From NCBI RefSeq assembly GCF_022045235.1, contig NW_027266265.1:14136001-14200000 (forward strand): a DNA stretch of 64,000 bases, in the 5' to 3' direction. Origin of the DNA: Haliotis cracherodii (Eukaryota). Made by a program: the position numbers and the translations under genes. Under the pieces are notes generated by a model that worked only from the letters and a program-made list of their open reading frames with translations, had not been told where the DNA came from and did not search any database. Numbering within the stretch: the first letter of the stretch is position 1; every line of letters begins with the position of its first letter. Positions 26,697-40,691 of this stretch are shown piece after piece.

Positions 26697-28133
26697 TTAC
26701 GACCCTCGCCACAAGGAACAAACTTTATAAACTGTTTAATTGTTGGTTCTTTAATTCATATTGATTTCACATTCTTGTAATTCCGTGTGTAAAATAATCG
26801 CTGACTATGTTGTGCATGTGTCAGTGTTTCTCTGTTAACATCTGGGTAATATATCACGTTACTGAAGAAACTGCTTTGTGTTTGTATTTACAACCTCATC
26901 AATTATGTGGGAAGTCAATGATCACCTCTCAACTCTGACCAGGATGATGCATGTCAGTCATGCCCCAAAGTCGTGGGTCGATGCTCACACTTTCTACCAC
27001 TGGTTTGCCTGCTCCCATGCACACACTGTCACGCTACGCGTCACGATACTAAATCCGTACGTCACACGTGTTTCGCATTCGTGACTAAATGTCACGCTTC
27101 GCGGGAATAGATCACGATAGATGAAAGTTGATGAAGAAAACAAATACTTTCATATTTACCTTTAGGTTTATATCGAACACTAAAACTAAAAGGTCATTTA
27201 TATTTCTTCTTACCGGGTAATTAGCTTCAGGACGCAATTCGTTACATGTTCAATGAGTGAGTATACACCCTGACACAAGGTAGACAACTCTGTTCCCCTT
27301 ATTTCGTAAAGGGACATGAAATGTTGGAAACATGATTTCGTTCCCCAAATTTCTTCTTTCTTTTCCTTCAAAATAGCATGACATTCCCTCAGATTAACAT
27401 TTGTTCGGCGGGAACATGGAACCAGGTTGTTTTCTACATAGATAGAAAATAATATATGAGATCCTATACACTGTGTCGTAATTACTATATAAATGGTCAT
27501 GAAATCATTTTGAAGTGAATTAATAAGTCCCCATTTAGTTACTGACATGGGTGTATGGAGTGAAGATAACCGAGTCCGTCATTGACCCTTTGAACCTTCA
27601 CCCGCCTTTGTGACCGATGTTTGTTAACCAGTTTTCATACATGCGCATATGGCATGCATATCTACGTTATAGATATCTTTGCAAATGTAGCGTATACACG
27701 TAATTTTACAAGGATATGCCCAGTGCAGCTATATCTCAAGACACGCGAGTGTGCCGCCACTCTGTCTGACGTGATGTGCCACTGTACTGTGCCTCCAATC
27801 TGTATAAATATAGTGTGCTCCCACCTGTCTATAGTAATTGTGCCCCCAGTTTGACATAATGTGCCACTGTACTGTGCCTCCAATCTGTATAAATATAGTG
27901 TGCCCCACCTGTCTATAGTAATTGTGCCCCCAGTTTGTCTGACGTAATGTGCACAAGTCCAGTTTTTCTATATGACTATTTTGCAGGAATATTTACGCTT
28001 CGCATATCGGTTCAAATGCAGCGTAAAAACGTATTTTTTCATTCATCTGTCGTATATAAAAGTATCTCAAGAAACACCAGGGTGTTATAATTCTGTCTGA
28101 CGTAATGTGCAGCCAGTTTCTCTACATTAAATG

Positions 28134-29558
28134 CGCCCCCAGTCTTTCTGCCATAAGTGTGTCCCCAGTCCGTCTGCCATAAGTGAGTCCCAAGTCTGTC
28201 TGACATAAATGTGTCCCCACTCTGTCTGACATAAGCGTGTCCCCAGTCTGTCTGAAAAACGTGTGTCCCCAGTCTGTCCGACTTAAGTGTGTCCCCAGTC
28301 TGTCTGACATAAGTCTGTCCCCAGTCTGTCCCCAGTCTGTCTGACATACGTGTGTTCCCAGTCTGTCTGACATAAGTCTGTCCCCAGTCTGTTTGACTTA
28401 AGTGTGTCTCCAATCTGTCTGACACAAGTGTGTCTCCAGTCTGTCTGACATAAGTGTGTACCCAGTCCGTCTGCCATAAGTGAGTCCCAAGTCTGTCTGA
28501 CATAAATGTGTCCCCACTCTGTCTGACATAAGCGTGTCCCCAGTCTGTCTGACATAAGTCTCTCCCCAGTCTGTCTGACATACGTGTGTCCCCGGTCAAT
28601 CCGACATAAGTGTGTCTCCAGTCTGTCCGGCATAAGCGTGTCCCCAGTCTGTCTAACATAAGTGTGTCCTCAGTCTGTCTGTCATAAGTGGGTCTCCCGT
28701 CTGTCCAACATAAGTGTATCCACAGTCTGTCTGACAAACGTGTGTCCCCAGTCTGTCCGACTTAAGTGTGTTCCCAGTCTGTCTGACAAACGTGTGTCCC
28801 CAGTCTGTCTGACTTAAGTGTGTCTCCAATCTGTCTGACACAAGTGTGTCTCCAGTCTGTCTGACATAAGTGTGTTCCCAGTCTGTATGACATAAGTGTG
28901 CCCACAGTCTGTCTGACATACGTGTGTCCCCGGTTAATCCGACATAAGTGTGTCTCCAGTCTGTCCGGCATAAGCGTGTCCCCAGTCTGTCTAACATAAG
29001 TGTGTCCTCAGTCTGTCTGTCATAAGTGGGTCTCCCGTCTGTCCAACATAACTGTATCCACAGTCTGTCTGACAAACGTGTGTCCCCAGTCTGTCCGACT
29101 TAAGTGTGTTCCCAGTCTGTCTGACAAACGTGTGTCCCCAGTCTGTCTGACTTAAGTGTGTCTCCAATCTGTCTGACACAAGTGTGTCTCCAGTCTGTCT
29201 GACATAAGTGTGTTCCCAGTCTGTATGACATAAGTGTGCCCACAGTCTGTCTGACATACGTGTGTCCCCGGTTAATCCGACATAAGTGTGTCTCCAGTCT
29301 GTCCGGCATAAGCGTGTCTCCAGTCTGTCCGACTTAAGTGTTTCCCCAGTCTGTCTGACATCCGTGTGTCTCCAGTCTGTCCGACTTAAGTGTGTCCCCA
29401 GTCTGTCTGACATAAGTGTGTCCCCAGTCTGTCTGACATAAGTGTGTCCCCATCTGTCTGACATAAGTGTGTCCCCAGTTTGTCTGACATAAGCGTGTCA
29501 CCAGTCTGTCTGACATAAGTGTGTCCCCAGTCTATCTTACATAAGTGTGTCCCCAGTT
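28134..29558. repeat. 26-bp minisatellite block before unit 6, with a 338-bp (13-monomer) higher-order duplication
   Basis: Same monomer; a variant string at ~28600 recurs at ~28938. Confidence 0.95.
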
Positions 29559-30023
29559 CGGAACTTCTCCAAACCTATTCTACAGAATCGAGCAGCATCT
29601 TTAGTATGGATCATCTTGTATCAGACAGCACGTTAACTCGAGATGAATGTCACGTCTATTACAACCTGGAGTGTTAGTGAAAACGTTACCGCACTAGAAG
29701 AGCTTCCTGTCAACTATTACACCAGAAACTCAACAGTGAATATTTGATGACAAATGTTGACTGTGAACAACTTACTGACATATATTTGAAAGCTATGAAT
29801 TTGTTTTGAATCAATACGGACTGTTGTGTGTAATATAACAAAAACAATATGAGAAAAAGACACGGACATAATATTTTTACGACGAATCACAGGCTTGCTC
29901 TGGTATTCAGTGGAGAGTGCACCCAAACAAAAGGGACACAACTCCGCAGTGACTAATTTCAGTCCAGTGTAACCCTGCAGCCATGATGGAATTTGTGGAT
30001 GATCGCGATTCTTTTTCCAAGTG

Positions 30024-30195
30024 CGTAAGTGAGTGAGTGAGTATGGTTTTACGCAGCTTTTAGCAATATTCCAGCAATATCACGGCGGGGGACACCAGAA
30101 ATGAGCTTCACACATTGTACCCATGTCGGGAATCGAACCCGGGTCTTCGGCGTGACGAGTGAACGCTTTAACCACCAGGCTACCCCGCCGTCCCA
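30024..30195 (-). mobile_element. SINE family A (unit 6 copy)
   Basis: Same position and TSD. Confidence 0.85.
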
Positions 30196-30868
30196 TTTTC
30201 CAAGTGTTTTATTCACTTGTGATCTTAACTGTTCCACCTCGAGTTTCAAACTGTGAAATATACTATTATGAAATATCGACGCGTGTTAGGTGTGAGTGAA
30301 GCGCTTGGTTTTGCTAATGTAAAGTAATCATGGAATTAAAGATGCACCCTGACGTCTTTTACAGCTTTGACAGGAGACTTAATCTGTGCGTCTTCAACAC
30401 GCATAATTTGTTATGTGTCGTGAAGAGACGGAGCCCAGCTTACATAAAGCCGTATCGTGCATGGTGAACACTGCCAGTGACGTCATAGACAGAAACAGTG
30501 GAAATGACGTCACAGAATGGTTCCATGACGACGTTGATGGTTCCCACTCAGTCGCCGACACAACTTGGTAGTGTTCAGACGTACATCTGTTGCTGCTGCA
30601 AAACTTCACATTTGTTGCTGATCTGTATCTACTTGCACAAGTCTACACCTCATCTCAGTATTAGGTAAGCAATGCCAGTCTAACTCCTACAGTTGGTTTA
30701 CTTTTACTGATAGCGTTTGTTTCCTAACCCTCGTTCACATCTATATTTCACGGCTCTGAAATTCTTTATCGATAAATTACCTTTGTATTAAATGACACTC
30801 CGTCTCCATTGTAATTACGGAACTCAAATAATTCCTAAATTCAAATGTGATTATGTTTTGTCCCACAG

Positions 30869-31989
30869 ATGAAGATGTATCCACAAGAACGACTGAAGAG
30901 TAGGAAACTACTCTCCCCCATACTCGAGGCGAACGAGCGTCAGTCTAGCCCTCGTAGTCCAAGAACGCCAGAACTGCATCAAGATTTACTTGGTAGGAGA
31001 TCCTGAATTTATGATACAAAACAAATTAAATGCAAGACATCATCACTTGATGTGTTTGTTTGAAGCAATTACAGTTACATTCCAAGTATGTCTTTATATA
31101 ACAGTGGAATCGAGTCGGGTGTTTGTACTTTTGTTTTTGTTTTCGTTTCCAGTTCAGTATATGGACCTGAAATCTCAAGTCGGAGATTTGGAGGAAAGGT
31201 AGGCACAGTCTCGTTTAATATTCATGAACGTTCGTCTAAAATATACAAAAAGGAAAAACAAGAAATACTGCATCTCATTCAAATATAGATAAAATGACTT
31301 TGAGAAACGATATCTTCTAAACTATCGACATATCTTTTTTCAGTCTTCTCGATCACCTTTTCAATGAGAATCAGAAGCTGAGAGAGGAGAACGAGCGACA
31401 GGCCCGACAACTCCGGGAGGAGAACGCCTTAAGGCTGAAAGTTGAGGCGGAGAGGCAGGACTATAGGCTGGAGTATTACAACTATCGTCTCAGTTACACA
31501 ATGGCACAGGCCGAGCTCCAGGAACTGAAGCAGACGCTAGAGGGACTGGCGGGCGACTGGGAGAAGGAGAAGCAGACAGAGATGGAGCAGAGGAAGAAGC
31601 TGGAGGAAGAGCTGGCAGCTCTCCAGCGCCAGACTGCCCCTCTGACCTGTCATACTCCTGCCAATAAGCGGACCAGTTCCTCCAGCGTCAGTCCTCCAAT
31701 TCAACCAAGGAAGGCTCGAAGACCTTACACAGGAAAGTCAAAGGACAAAGTTCAAAGCAAGATCTCACATGTCAAGACATACTTGTCTGCTTCCGGTGAC
31801 AGCTTGGTGAAGGCCAAGGCCACAGATAAGAATGAAAGCAAGTTGAAGGTCACTTCCAGTGTAAGATCCATTCTGAAAGACAGCAAGAGAGGACAGGTTG
31901 CTGAAAAAAACCCAACGCGATCTTCAAGGAACCTTTCTGTGAGATTCACAAAGGAAATGCCAGTTGGAAAGACCCGTCACGAAATGTAA
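30869..31989 (+). CDS. Array gene copy 6 (exons 30869-30992, 31153-31198, 31344-31989)
   Basis: Same exon structure; open frame. Confidence 0.85.
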
Positions 31990-33426
31990 TTACGACCCTC
32001 GCCACAAGGAACAAACTGTATAAACTGTTTAATTGTTGGTTCTTTAATTCATATTGATTTCACATTCTTGTAATTCCGTGTGTAAAATAATCGCTGACTA
32101 TGTTGTGCATGTGTCAGTGTTTCTCTGTTAACATCTGGGTAATATATCACGTTACTGAAGAAACTGCTTTGTGTTTGTATTTACAACCTCATCAATTATG
32201 TGGGAAGTCAATGATCACCTCTCAACTCTGACCAGGATGATGCATGTCAGTCATGCCCCAAAGTCGTGGGTCGATGCTCACACTTTCTACCACTGGTTTG
32301 CCTGCTCCCATGCACACACTGTCACGCTACGCGTCACGATACTAAATCCGTACGTCACACGTGTTTCGCATTCGTGACTAAATGTCACGCTTCGCGGGAA
32401 TAGATCACGATAGATGAAAGTTGATGAAGAAAACAAATACTTTCATATTTACCTTTAGGTTTATATCGAACACTAAAACTAAAAGGTCATTTATATTTCT
32501 TCTTACCGGGTAATTAGCTTCAGGACGCAATTCGTTACATGTTCAATGAGTGAGTATACACCCTGACACAAGGTAGACAACTCTGTTCCCCTTATTTCGT
32601 GGAGGGACATGAAATGTTGGAAACATGATTTCGTTCCCCAAATTTCTTCTTTCTTTTCCTTCAAAATAGCATGACATTCCCTCAGATTAACATTTGTTCG
32701 GCGGGAACATGGAACCAGGTTGTTTTCTACATAGATAGAAAATAATATATGAGATCCTATACACTGTGTCGTAATTACTATATAAATGGTCATGAAATCA
32801 TTTTGAAGTGAATTAATAAGTCCCCATTTAGTTACTGACATGGGTGTATGGAGTGAAGATAACCGAGTCCGTCATTGACCCTTTGAACCTTCACCCGCCT
32901 TTGTGACCGATGTTTGTTAACCAGTTTTCATACATGCGCATATGGCATGCATATCTACGTTATAGATATCTTTGCAAATGTAGCGTATACACGTAATTTT
33001 ACAAGGATATGCCCAGTGCAGCTATATCTCAAGACACGCGAGTGTGCCGCCACTCTGTCTGACGTGATGTGCCACTGTACTGTGCCTCCAATCTGTATAA
33101 ATATAGTGTGCTCCCACCTGTCTATAGTAATTGTGCCCCCAGTTTGACGTAATGTGCCACTGTACTGTGCCTCCAATCTGTATAAATATAGTGTGCCCCA
33201 CCTGTCTATAGTAATTGTGCCCCCAGTTTGTCTGACGTAATGTGCACAAGTCCAGTTTTTCTATATGACTATTTTGCAGGAATATTTACGCTTCGCATAT
33301 CGGTTCAAATGCAGCGTAAAAACGTATTTTTTCATTTATCTGTCGTATATAAAAGTATCTCAAGAAACACCAGGGTGTTATAATTCTGTCTGACGTAATG
33401 TGCAGCCAGTTTCTCTACATTAAATG

Positions 33427-34502
33427 CGCCCCCCAGTCTTTCTGCCATAAGTGTGTCCCCAGTCCGTCTGCCATAAGTGAGTCCCAAGTCTGTCTGACAT
33501 AAATGTGTCCCCAGTCTGTCTGACATAAGCGTGTCCCCAGTCTGTCTGACAAACGTGTGTCCCCAGTCTGTCCGACTTAAGTGTGTCCCCAGTCTGTCTG
33601 ACATAAGTCTGTCCCCAGTCTGTCTGACATACGTGTGTTCCCAGTCTGTCTGACACAAGTGTGTCTCCAGTCTGTCTGACTTAAGTGTGTCTCCAATCTG
33701 TCTGACACAAGTGTGTCTCCAGTCTGTCTGACATAAGTGTGTACCCAGTCCGTCTGCCATAAGTGAGTCCCAAGTCTGTCTGACATAAATGTGTCCCCAC
33801 TCTGTCTGACATAAGCGTGTCCCCAGTCTGTCTGACATAAGTCTCTCCCCAGTCTGTCTGACATACGTGTGTCCCCGGTCAATCCGACATAAGTGTGTCT
33901 CCAGTCTGTCCGGCATAAGCGTGTCCCCAGTCTGTCTAACATAAGTGTGTCCTCAGTCTGTCTGTCATAAGTGGGTCTCCCGTCTGTCCAACATAAGTGT
34001 ATCCACAGTCTGTCTGACAAACGTGTGTCCCCAGTCTGTCCGACTTAAGTGTGTTCCCAGTCTGTCTGACAAACGTGTGTCCCCAGTCTGTCTGACTTAA
34101 GTGTGTCTCCAATCTGTCTGACACAAGTGTGTCTCCAGTCTGTCTGACATAAGTGTGTTCCCAGTCTGTATGACATAAGTGTGCCCACAGTCTGTCTGAC
34201 ATACGTGTGTCCCCAGTTAATCCGACATAAGTGTGTCTCCAGTCTGTCCGGCATAAGCGTGTCTCCAGTCTGTCCGACTTAAGTGTTTCCCCAGTCTGTC
34301 TGACATCCGTGTGTCTCCAGTCTGTCCGACTTAAGTGTGTCCCCAGTCTGTCTGACATAAGTGTGTCCCCAGTCTGTCTGACATAAGTGTGTCCCCATCT
34401 GTCTGACATAAGTGTGTCCCCAGTTTGTCTGACATAAGCGTGTCACCAGTCTGTCTGACATAAGTGTGTCCCCAGTCTATCTTACATAAGTGTGTCCCCA
34501 GT
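33427..34502. repeat. 26-bp minisatellite block before unit 7
   Basis: Same monomer. Confidence 0.95.
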
Positions 34503-34950
34503 TCGGAACTTCTCCAAACCTATTCTACAGAATCGAGCAGCATCTTTAGTATGGATCATCTTTTATCAAACAGCACGTTAACTCGAGATGAATGTCACGT
34601 CTATTACAACCTGGAGTGTTAGTGAAAACGTTACCGCACTAGAAGAGCTTCCTGTCAACTATTACACCAGAAACTCAACAGTGAATATTTGATGACAAAT
34701 GTTGACTGTGAACAACTTACTGACATATATTTGAAAGCTATGAATTTGTTTTGAATCAATACGGACTGTTGTGTGTAATATAACAAAAACAATATGAGAA
34801 AAAGACACGGACATAATATTTTTACGACGAATCACAGTGGAGAGTGCACCCAAACAAAAGGGACACAACTCCGCAGTGACTAATTTCAGTCCAGTGTAAC
34901 CCTGCAGCCATGATGGAATTTGTGGATGATAGCGATTCTTTTTCCAAGTG

Positions 34951-35122
34951 CGTAAGTGAGTGAGTGAGTATGGTTTTACGCAGCTTTTAGCAATATTCCA
35001 GCAATATCACGGCGGGGGACACCAGAAATGAGCTTCACACATTGTACCCATGTCTGGAATCGAACCCGGGTCTTCGGCGTGACGAGTGAACGCTTTAACC
35101 ACCAGGCTACCCCGCCGTCCCA
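34951..35122 (-). mobile_element. SINE family A (unit 7 copy)
   Basis: Same position and TSD. Confidence 0.85.
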
Positions 35123-35795
35123 TTTTCCAAGTGTTTTATTCACTTGTGATCTTAACTGTTCCACCTCGAGTTTCAAACTGTGAAATATACTATTATGAAA
35201 TATCGACGCGTGTTAGGTGTGAGTGAAGCGCTTGGTTTTGCTAATGTAAAGTAATCATGGAATTAAAGATGCACCCTGACGTCTTTTACAGCTTTGACAG
35301 GAGACTTAATCTGTGCGTCTTCAACACGCATAATTTGTTATGTGTCGTGAAGAGACGGAGCCCAGCTTACATAAAGCCGTATCGTGCATGGTGAACACTG
35401 CCAGTGACGTCATAGACAGAAACAGTGGAAATGACGTCACAGAATGGTTCCATGACGACGTTGATGGTTCCCACTCAGTCGCCGACACAACTTGGTAGTG
35501 TTCAGACGTACATCTGTTGCTGCTGCAAAACTTCACATTTGTTGCTGATCTGTATCTACTTGCACAAGTCTACACCTCATCTCAGTATTAGGTAAGCAAT
35601 GCCAGTCTAACTCCTACAGTTGGTTTACTTTTACTGATAGCGTTTGTTTCCTAACCCTCGTTCACATCTATATTTCACGGCTCTGAAATTCTTTATCGAT
35701 AAATTACCTTTGTATTAAATGACACTCCGTCTCCATTGTAATTACGGAACTCAAATAATTCCTAAATTCAAATGTGATTATGTTTTGTCCCACAG

Positions 35796-36919
35796 ATGAA
35801 GATGTATCCACAAGAACGACTGAAGAGTAGGAAACTACTCTCCCCCATACTCGAGGCGAACGAGCGTCAGTCTAGCCCTCGTAGTCCAAGAACGCCAGAA
35901 CTGCATCAAGATTTACTTGGTAGGAGATCCTGAATTTATGATACAAAACAAATTAAATGCAAGACATCATCACTTGATGTGTTTGTTTGAAGCAATTACA
36001 GTTACATTCCAAGTATGTCTTTATATAACAGTGGAATCGAGTCGGGTGTTTGTACTTTTGTTTTTGTTTTCGTTTCCAGTTCAGTATATGGACCTGAAAT
36101 CTCAAGTCGGAGATTTGGAGGAAAGGTAGGCACAGTCTCGTTTAATATTCATGAACGTTCGTCTAAAATATACAAAAAGGAAAAACAAGAAATACTGCAT
36201 CTCATTCAAATATCATAGATAAAATGACTTTGAGAAACGATATCTTCTAAACTATCGACATATCTTTTTTCAGTCTTCTCGATCACCTTTTCAATGAGAA
36301 TCAGAAGCTGAGAGAGGAGAACGAGCGACAGGCCAGACAACTCCGGGAGGAGAACGCCTTAAGGCTGAAAGTTGAGGCGGAGAGGCAGGACTATAGGCTG
36401 GAGTATTACAACTATCGTCTCAGTTACACAATGGCACAGGCCGAGCTCCAGGAACTGAAGCAGACGCTAGAGGGACTGGCGGGCGACTGGGAGAAGGAGA
36501 AGCAGACAGAGATGGAGCAGAGGAAGAAGCTGGAGGAAGAGCTGGCAGCTCTCCAGCGCCAGACTGCCCCTCTGACCTGTCATACTCCTACCAATAAGCG
36601 GACCAGTTCCTCCAGCGTCGGTCCTCCAATTCAACCAAGGAAGGCTCGAAGACCTTACACAGGAAAGTCAAAGGACAAAGTTCAAAGCAAGATCTCACAT
36701 GTCAAGACATACTTGTCTGCTTCCGGTGACAGCTTGGTGAAGGCCAAGGCCACAGATAAGAATGAAAGCAAGTTGAAGGTCACTTCCAGTGTAAGATCCA
36801 TTCTGAAAGACAGCAAGAGAGGACAGGTTGCTGAAAAAAACCCAACGCGATCTTCAAGGAACCTTTCTGTGAGATTCACAAAGGAAATGCCAGTTGGAAA
36901 GACCCGTCACGAAATGTAA
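35796..36919 (+). CDS. Array gene copy 7 (exons 35796-35919, 36080-36125, 36274-36919)
   Basis: Same exon structure; open frame. Confidence 0.85.
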
Positions 36920-38356
36920 TTACGACCCTCGCCACAAGGAACAAACTGTATAAACTGTTTAATTGTTGGTTCTTTAATTCATATTGATTTCACATTCTTG
37001 TAATTCCGTGTGTAAAATAATCGCTGACTATGTTGTGCATGTGTCAGTGTTTCTCTGTTAACATCTGGGTAATATATCACGTTACTGAAGAAACTGCTTT
37101 GTGTTTGTATTTACAACCTCATCAATTATGTGGGAAGTCAATGATCACCTCTCAACTCTGACCAGGATGATGCATGTCAGTCATGCCCCAAAGTCGTGGG
37201 TCGATGCTCACACTTTCTACCACTGGTTTGCCTGCTCCCATGCACACACTGTCACGCTACGCGTCACGATACTAAATCCGTACGTCACACGTGTTTCGCA
37301 TTCGTGACTAAATGTCACGCTTCGCGGGAATAGATCACGATAGATGAAAGTTGATGAAGAAAACAAATACTTTCATATTTACCTTTAGGTTTATATCGAA
37401 CACTAAAACTAAAAGGTCATTTATATTTCTTCTTACCGGGTAATTAGCTTCAGGACGCAATTCGTTACATGTTCAATGAGTGAGTATACACCCTGACACA
37501 AGGTAGACAACTCTGTTCCCCTTATTTCGTGGAGGGACATGAAATGTTGGAAACATGATTTCGTTCCCCAAATTTCTTCTTTCTTTTCCTTCAAAATAGC
37601 ATGACATTCCCTCAGATTAACATTTGTTCGGCGGGAACATGGAACCAGGTTGTTTTCTACATAGATAGAAAATAATATATGAGATCCTATACACTGTGTC
37701 GTAATTACTATATAAATGGTCATGAAATCATTTTGAAGTGAATTAATAAGTCCCCATTTAGTTACTGACATGGGTGTATGGAGTGAAGATAACCGAGTCC
37801 GTCATTGACCCTTTGAACCTTCACCCGCCTTTGTGACCGATGTTTGTTAACCAGTTTTCATACATGCGCATATGGCATGCATATCTACGTTATAGATATC
37901 TTTGCAAATGTAGCGTATACACGTAATTTTACAAGGATATGCCCAGTGCAGCTATATCTCAAGACACGCGAGTGTGCCGCCACTCTGTCTGACGTGATGT
38001 GCCACTGTACTGTGCCTCCAATCTGTATAAATATAGTGTGCTCCCACCTGTCTATAGTAATTGTGCCCCCAGTTTGACGTAATGTGCCACTGTACTGTGC
38101 CTCCAATCTGTATAAATATAGTGTGCCCCACCTGTCTATAGTAATTGTGCCCCCAGTTTGTCTGACGTAATGTGCACAAGTCCAGTTTTTCTATATGACT
38201 ATTTTGCAGGAATATTTACGCTTCGCATATCGGTTCAAATGCAGCGTAAAAACGTATTTTTTCATTTATCTGTCGTATATAAAAGTATCTCAAGAAACAC
38301 CAGGGTGTTATAATTCTGTCTGACGTAATGTGCAGCCAGTTTCTCTACATTAAATG

Positions 38357-39381
38357 CGCCCCCCAGTCTTTCTGCCATAAGTGTGTCCCCAGTCCGTCTG
38401 CCATAAGTGAGTCCCAAGTCTGTCTGACATAAATGTGTCCCCAGTCTGTCTGACATAAGCGTGTCCCCAGTCTGTCTGACAAACGTGTGTCCCCAGTCTG
38501 TCCGACTTAAGTGTGTCCCCAGTCTGTCTGACATAAGTCTGTCCCCAGTCTGTCTGACTTAAGTGTGTCTCCAATCTGTCTGACACAAGTGTGTCTCCAG
38601 TCTGTCTGACATAAGTGTGTACCCAGTCCGTCTGCCATAAGTGAGTCCCAAGTCTGTCTGACATAAATGTGTCCCCACTCTGTCTGACATAAGCGTGTCC
38701 CCAGTCTGTTTGACATAAGTCTCTCCCCAGTCTGTCTGACATACATGTGTCCCCGGTCAATCCGACATAAGTGTGTCTCCAGTCTGTCCGGCATAAGCGT
38801 GTCCCCAGTCTGTCTAACATAAGTGTGTCCTCAGTCTGTCTGTCATAAGTGGGTCTCCCGTCTGTCCAACATAAGTGTATCCACAGTCTGTCTGACAAAC
38901 GTGTGTCCCCAGTCTGTCCGACTTAAGTGTGTTCCCAGTCTGTCTGACAAACGTGTGTCCCCAGTCTGTCTGACTTAAGTGTGTCTCCAATCTGTCTGAC
39001 ACAAGTGTGTCTCCAGTCTGTCTGACATAAGTGTGTTCCCAGTCTGTATGACATAAGTGTGCCCACAGTCTGTCTGACATACGTGTGTCCCCAGTTAATC
39101 CGACATAAGTGTGTCTCCAGTCTGTCCGGCATAAGCGTGTCTCCAGTCTGTCCGACTTAAGTGTTTCCCCAGTCTGTCTGACATCCGTGTGTCTCCAGTC
39201 TGTCCGACTTAAGTGTGTCCCCAGTCTGTCTGACATAAGTGTGTCCCCAGTCTGTCTGACATAAGTGTGTCCCCATCTGTCTGACATAAGTGTGTCCCCA
39301 GTTTGTCTGACATAAGCGTGTCACCAGTCTGTCTGACATAAGTGTGTCCCCAGTCTATCTTACATAAGTGTGTCCCCAGTT
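38357..39381. repeat. 26-bp minisatellite block before unit 8
   Basis: Same monomer. Confidence 0.95.
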
Positions 39382-39846
39382 CGGAACTTCTCCAAACCTA
39401 TTCTACAGAATCGAGCAGCATCTTTAGTATGGATCATCTTGTATCAGACAGCACGTTAACTCGAGATGAATGTCACGTCTATTACAACCTGGAGTGTTAG
39501 TGAAAACGTTACCGCACTAGAAGAGCTTCCTGTCAACTATTACACCAGAAACTCAACAGTGAATATTTGATGACAAATGTTGACTGTGAACAACTTACTG
39601 ACATATATTTGAAAGCTATGAATTTGTTTTGAATCAATACGGACTGTTGTGTGTAATATAACAAAAACAATATGAGAAAAAGACACGGACATAATATTTT
39701 TACGACGAATCACAGGCTTGCTCTGGTATTCAGTGGAGAGTGCACCCAAACAAAAGGGACACAACTCCGCAGTGACTAATTTCAGTCCAGTGTAACCCTG
39801 CAGCCATGATGGAATTTGTGGATGATAGCGATTCTTTTTCCAAGTG

Positions 39847-40018
39847 CGTAAGTGAGTGAGTGAGTATGGTTTTACGCAGCTTTTAGCAATATTCCAGCAA
39901 TATCACGGCGGGGGACACCAGAAATGAGCTTCACACATTGTACCCATGTCTGGAATCGAACCCGGGTCTTCGGCGTGACGAGTGAACGCTTTAACCACCA
40001 GGCTACCCCGCCGTCCCA
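39847..40018 (-). mobile_element. SINE family A (unit 8 copy)
   Basis: Same position and TSD. Confidence 0.85.
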
Positions 40019-40691
40019 TTTTCCAAGTGTTTTATTCACTTGTGATCTTAACTGTTCCACCTCGAGTTTCAAACTGTGAAATATACTATTATGAAATATC
40101 GACGCGTGTTAGGTGTGAGTGAAGCGCTTGGTTTTGCTAATGTTAAGTAATCATGGAATTAAAGATGCACCCTGACGTCTTTTACAGCTTTGACAGGAGA
40201 CTTAATCTGTGCGTCTTCAACACGCATAATTTGTTATGTGTCGTGAAGAGACGGAGCCCAGCTTACATAAAGCCGTATCGTGCATGGTGAACACTGCCAG
40301 TGACGTCATAGACAGAAACAGTGGAAATGACGTCACAGAATGGTTCCATGACGACGTTGATGGTTCCCACTCAGTCGCCGACACAACTTGGTGGTGTTCA
40401 GACGTACATCTGTTGCTACTGCAAAACTTCACATTTGTTGCTGATCTGTATCTACTTGCACAAGTCTACACCTCATCTCAGTATTAGGTAAGCAATGCCA
40501 GTCTAACTCCTACAGTTGGTTTACTTTTACTGATAGCGTTTGTTTCCTAACCCTCGTTCACATCTATATTTCACGGCTCTGAAATTCTTTATCGATAAAT
40601 TACCTTTGTATTAAATGACACTCCGTCTCCATTGTAATTACGGAACTCAAATAATTCCTAAATTCAAATGTGATTATGTTTTGTCCCACAG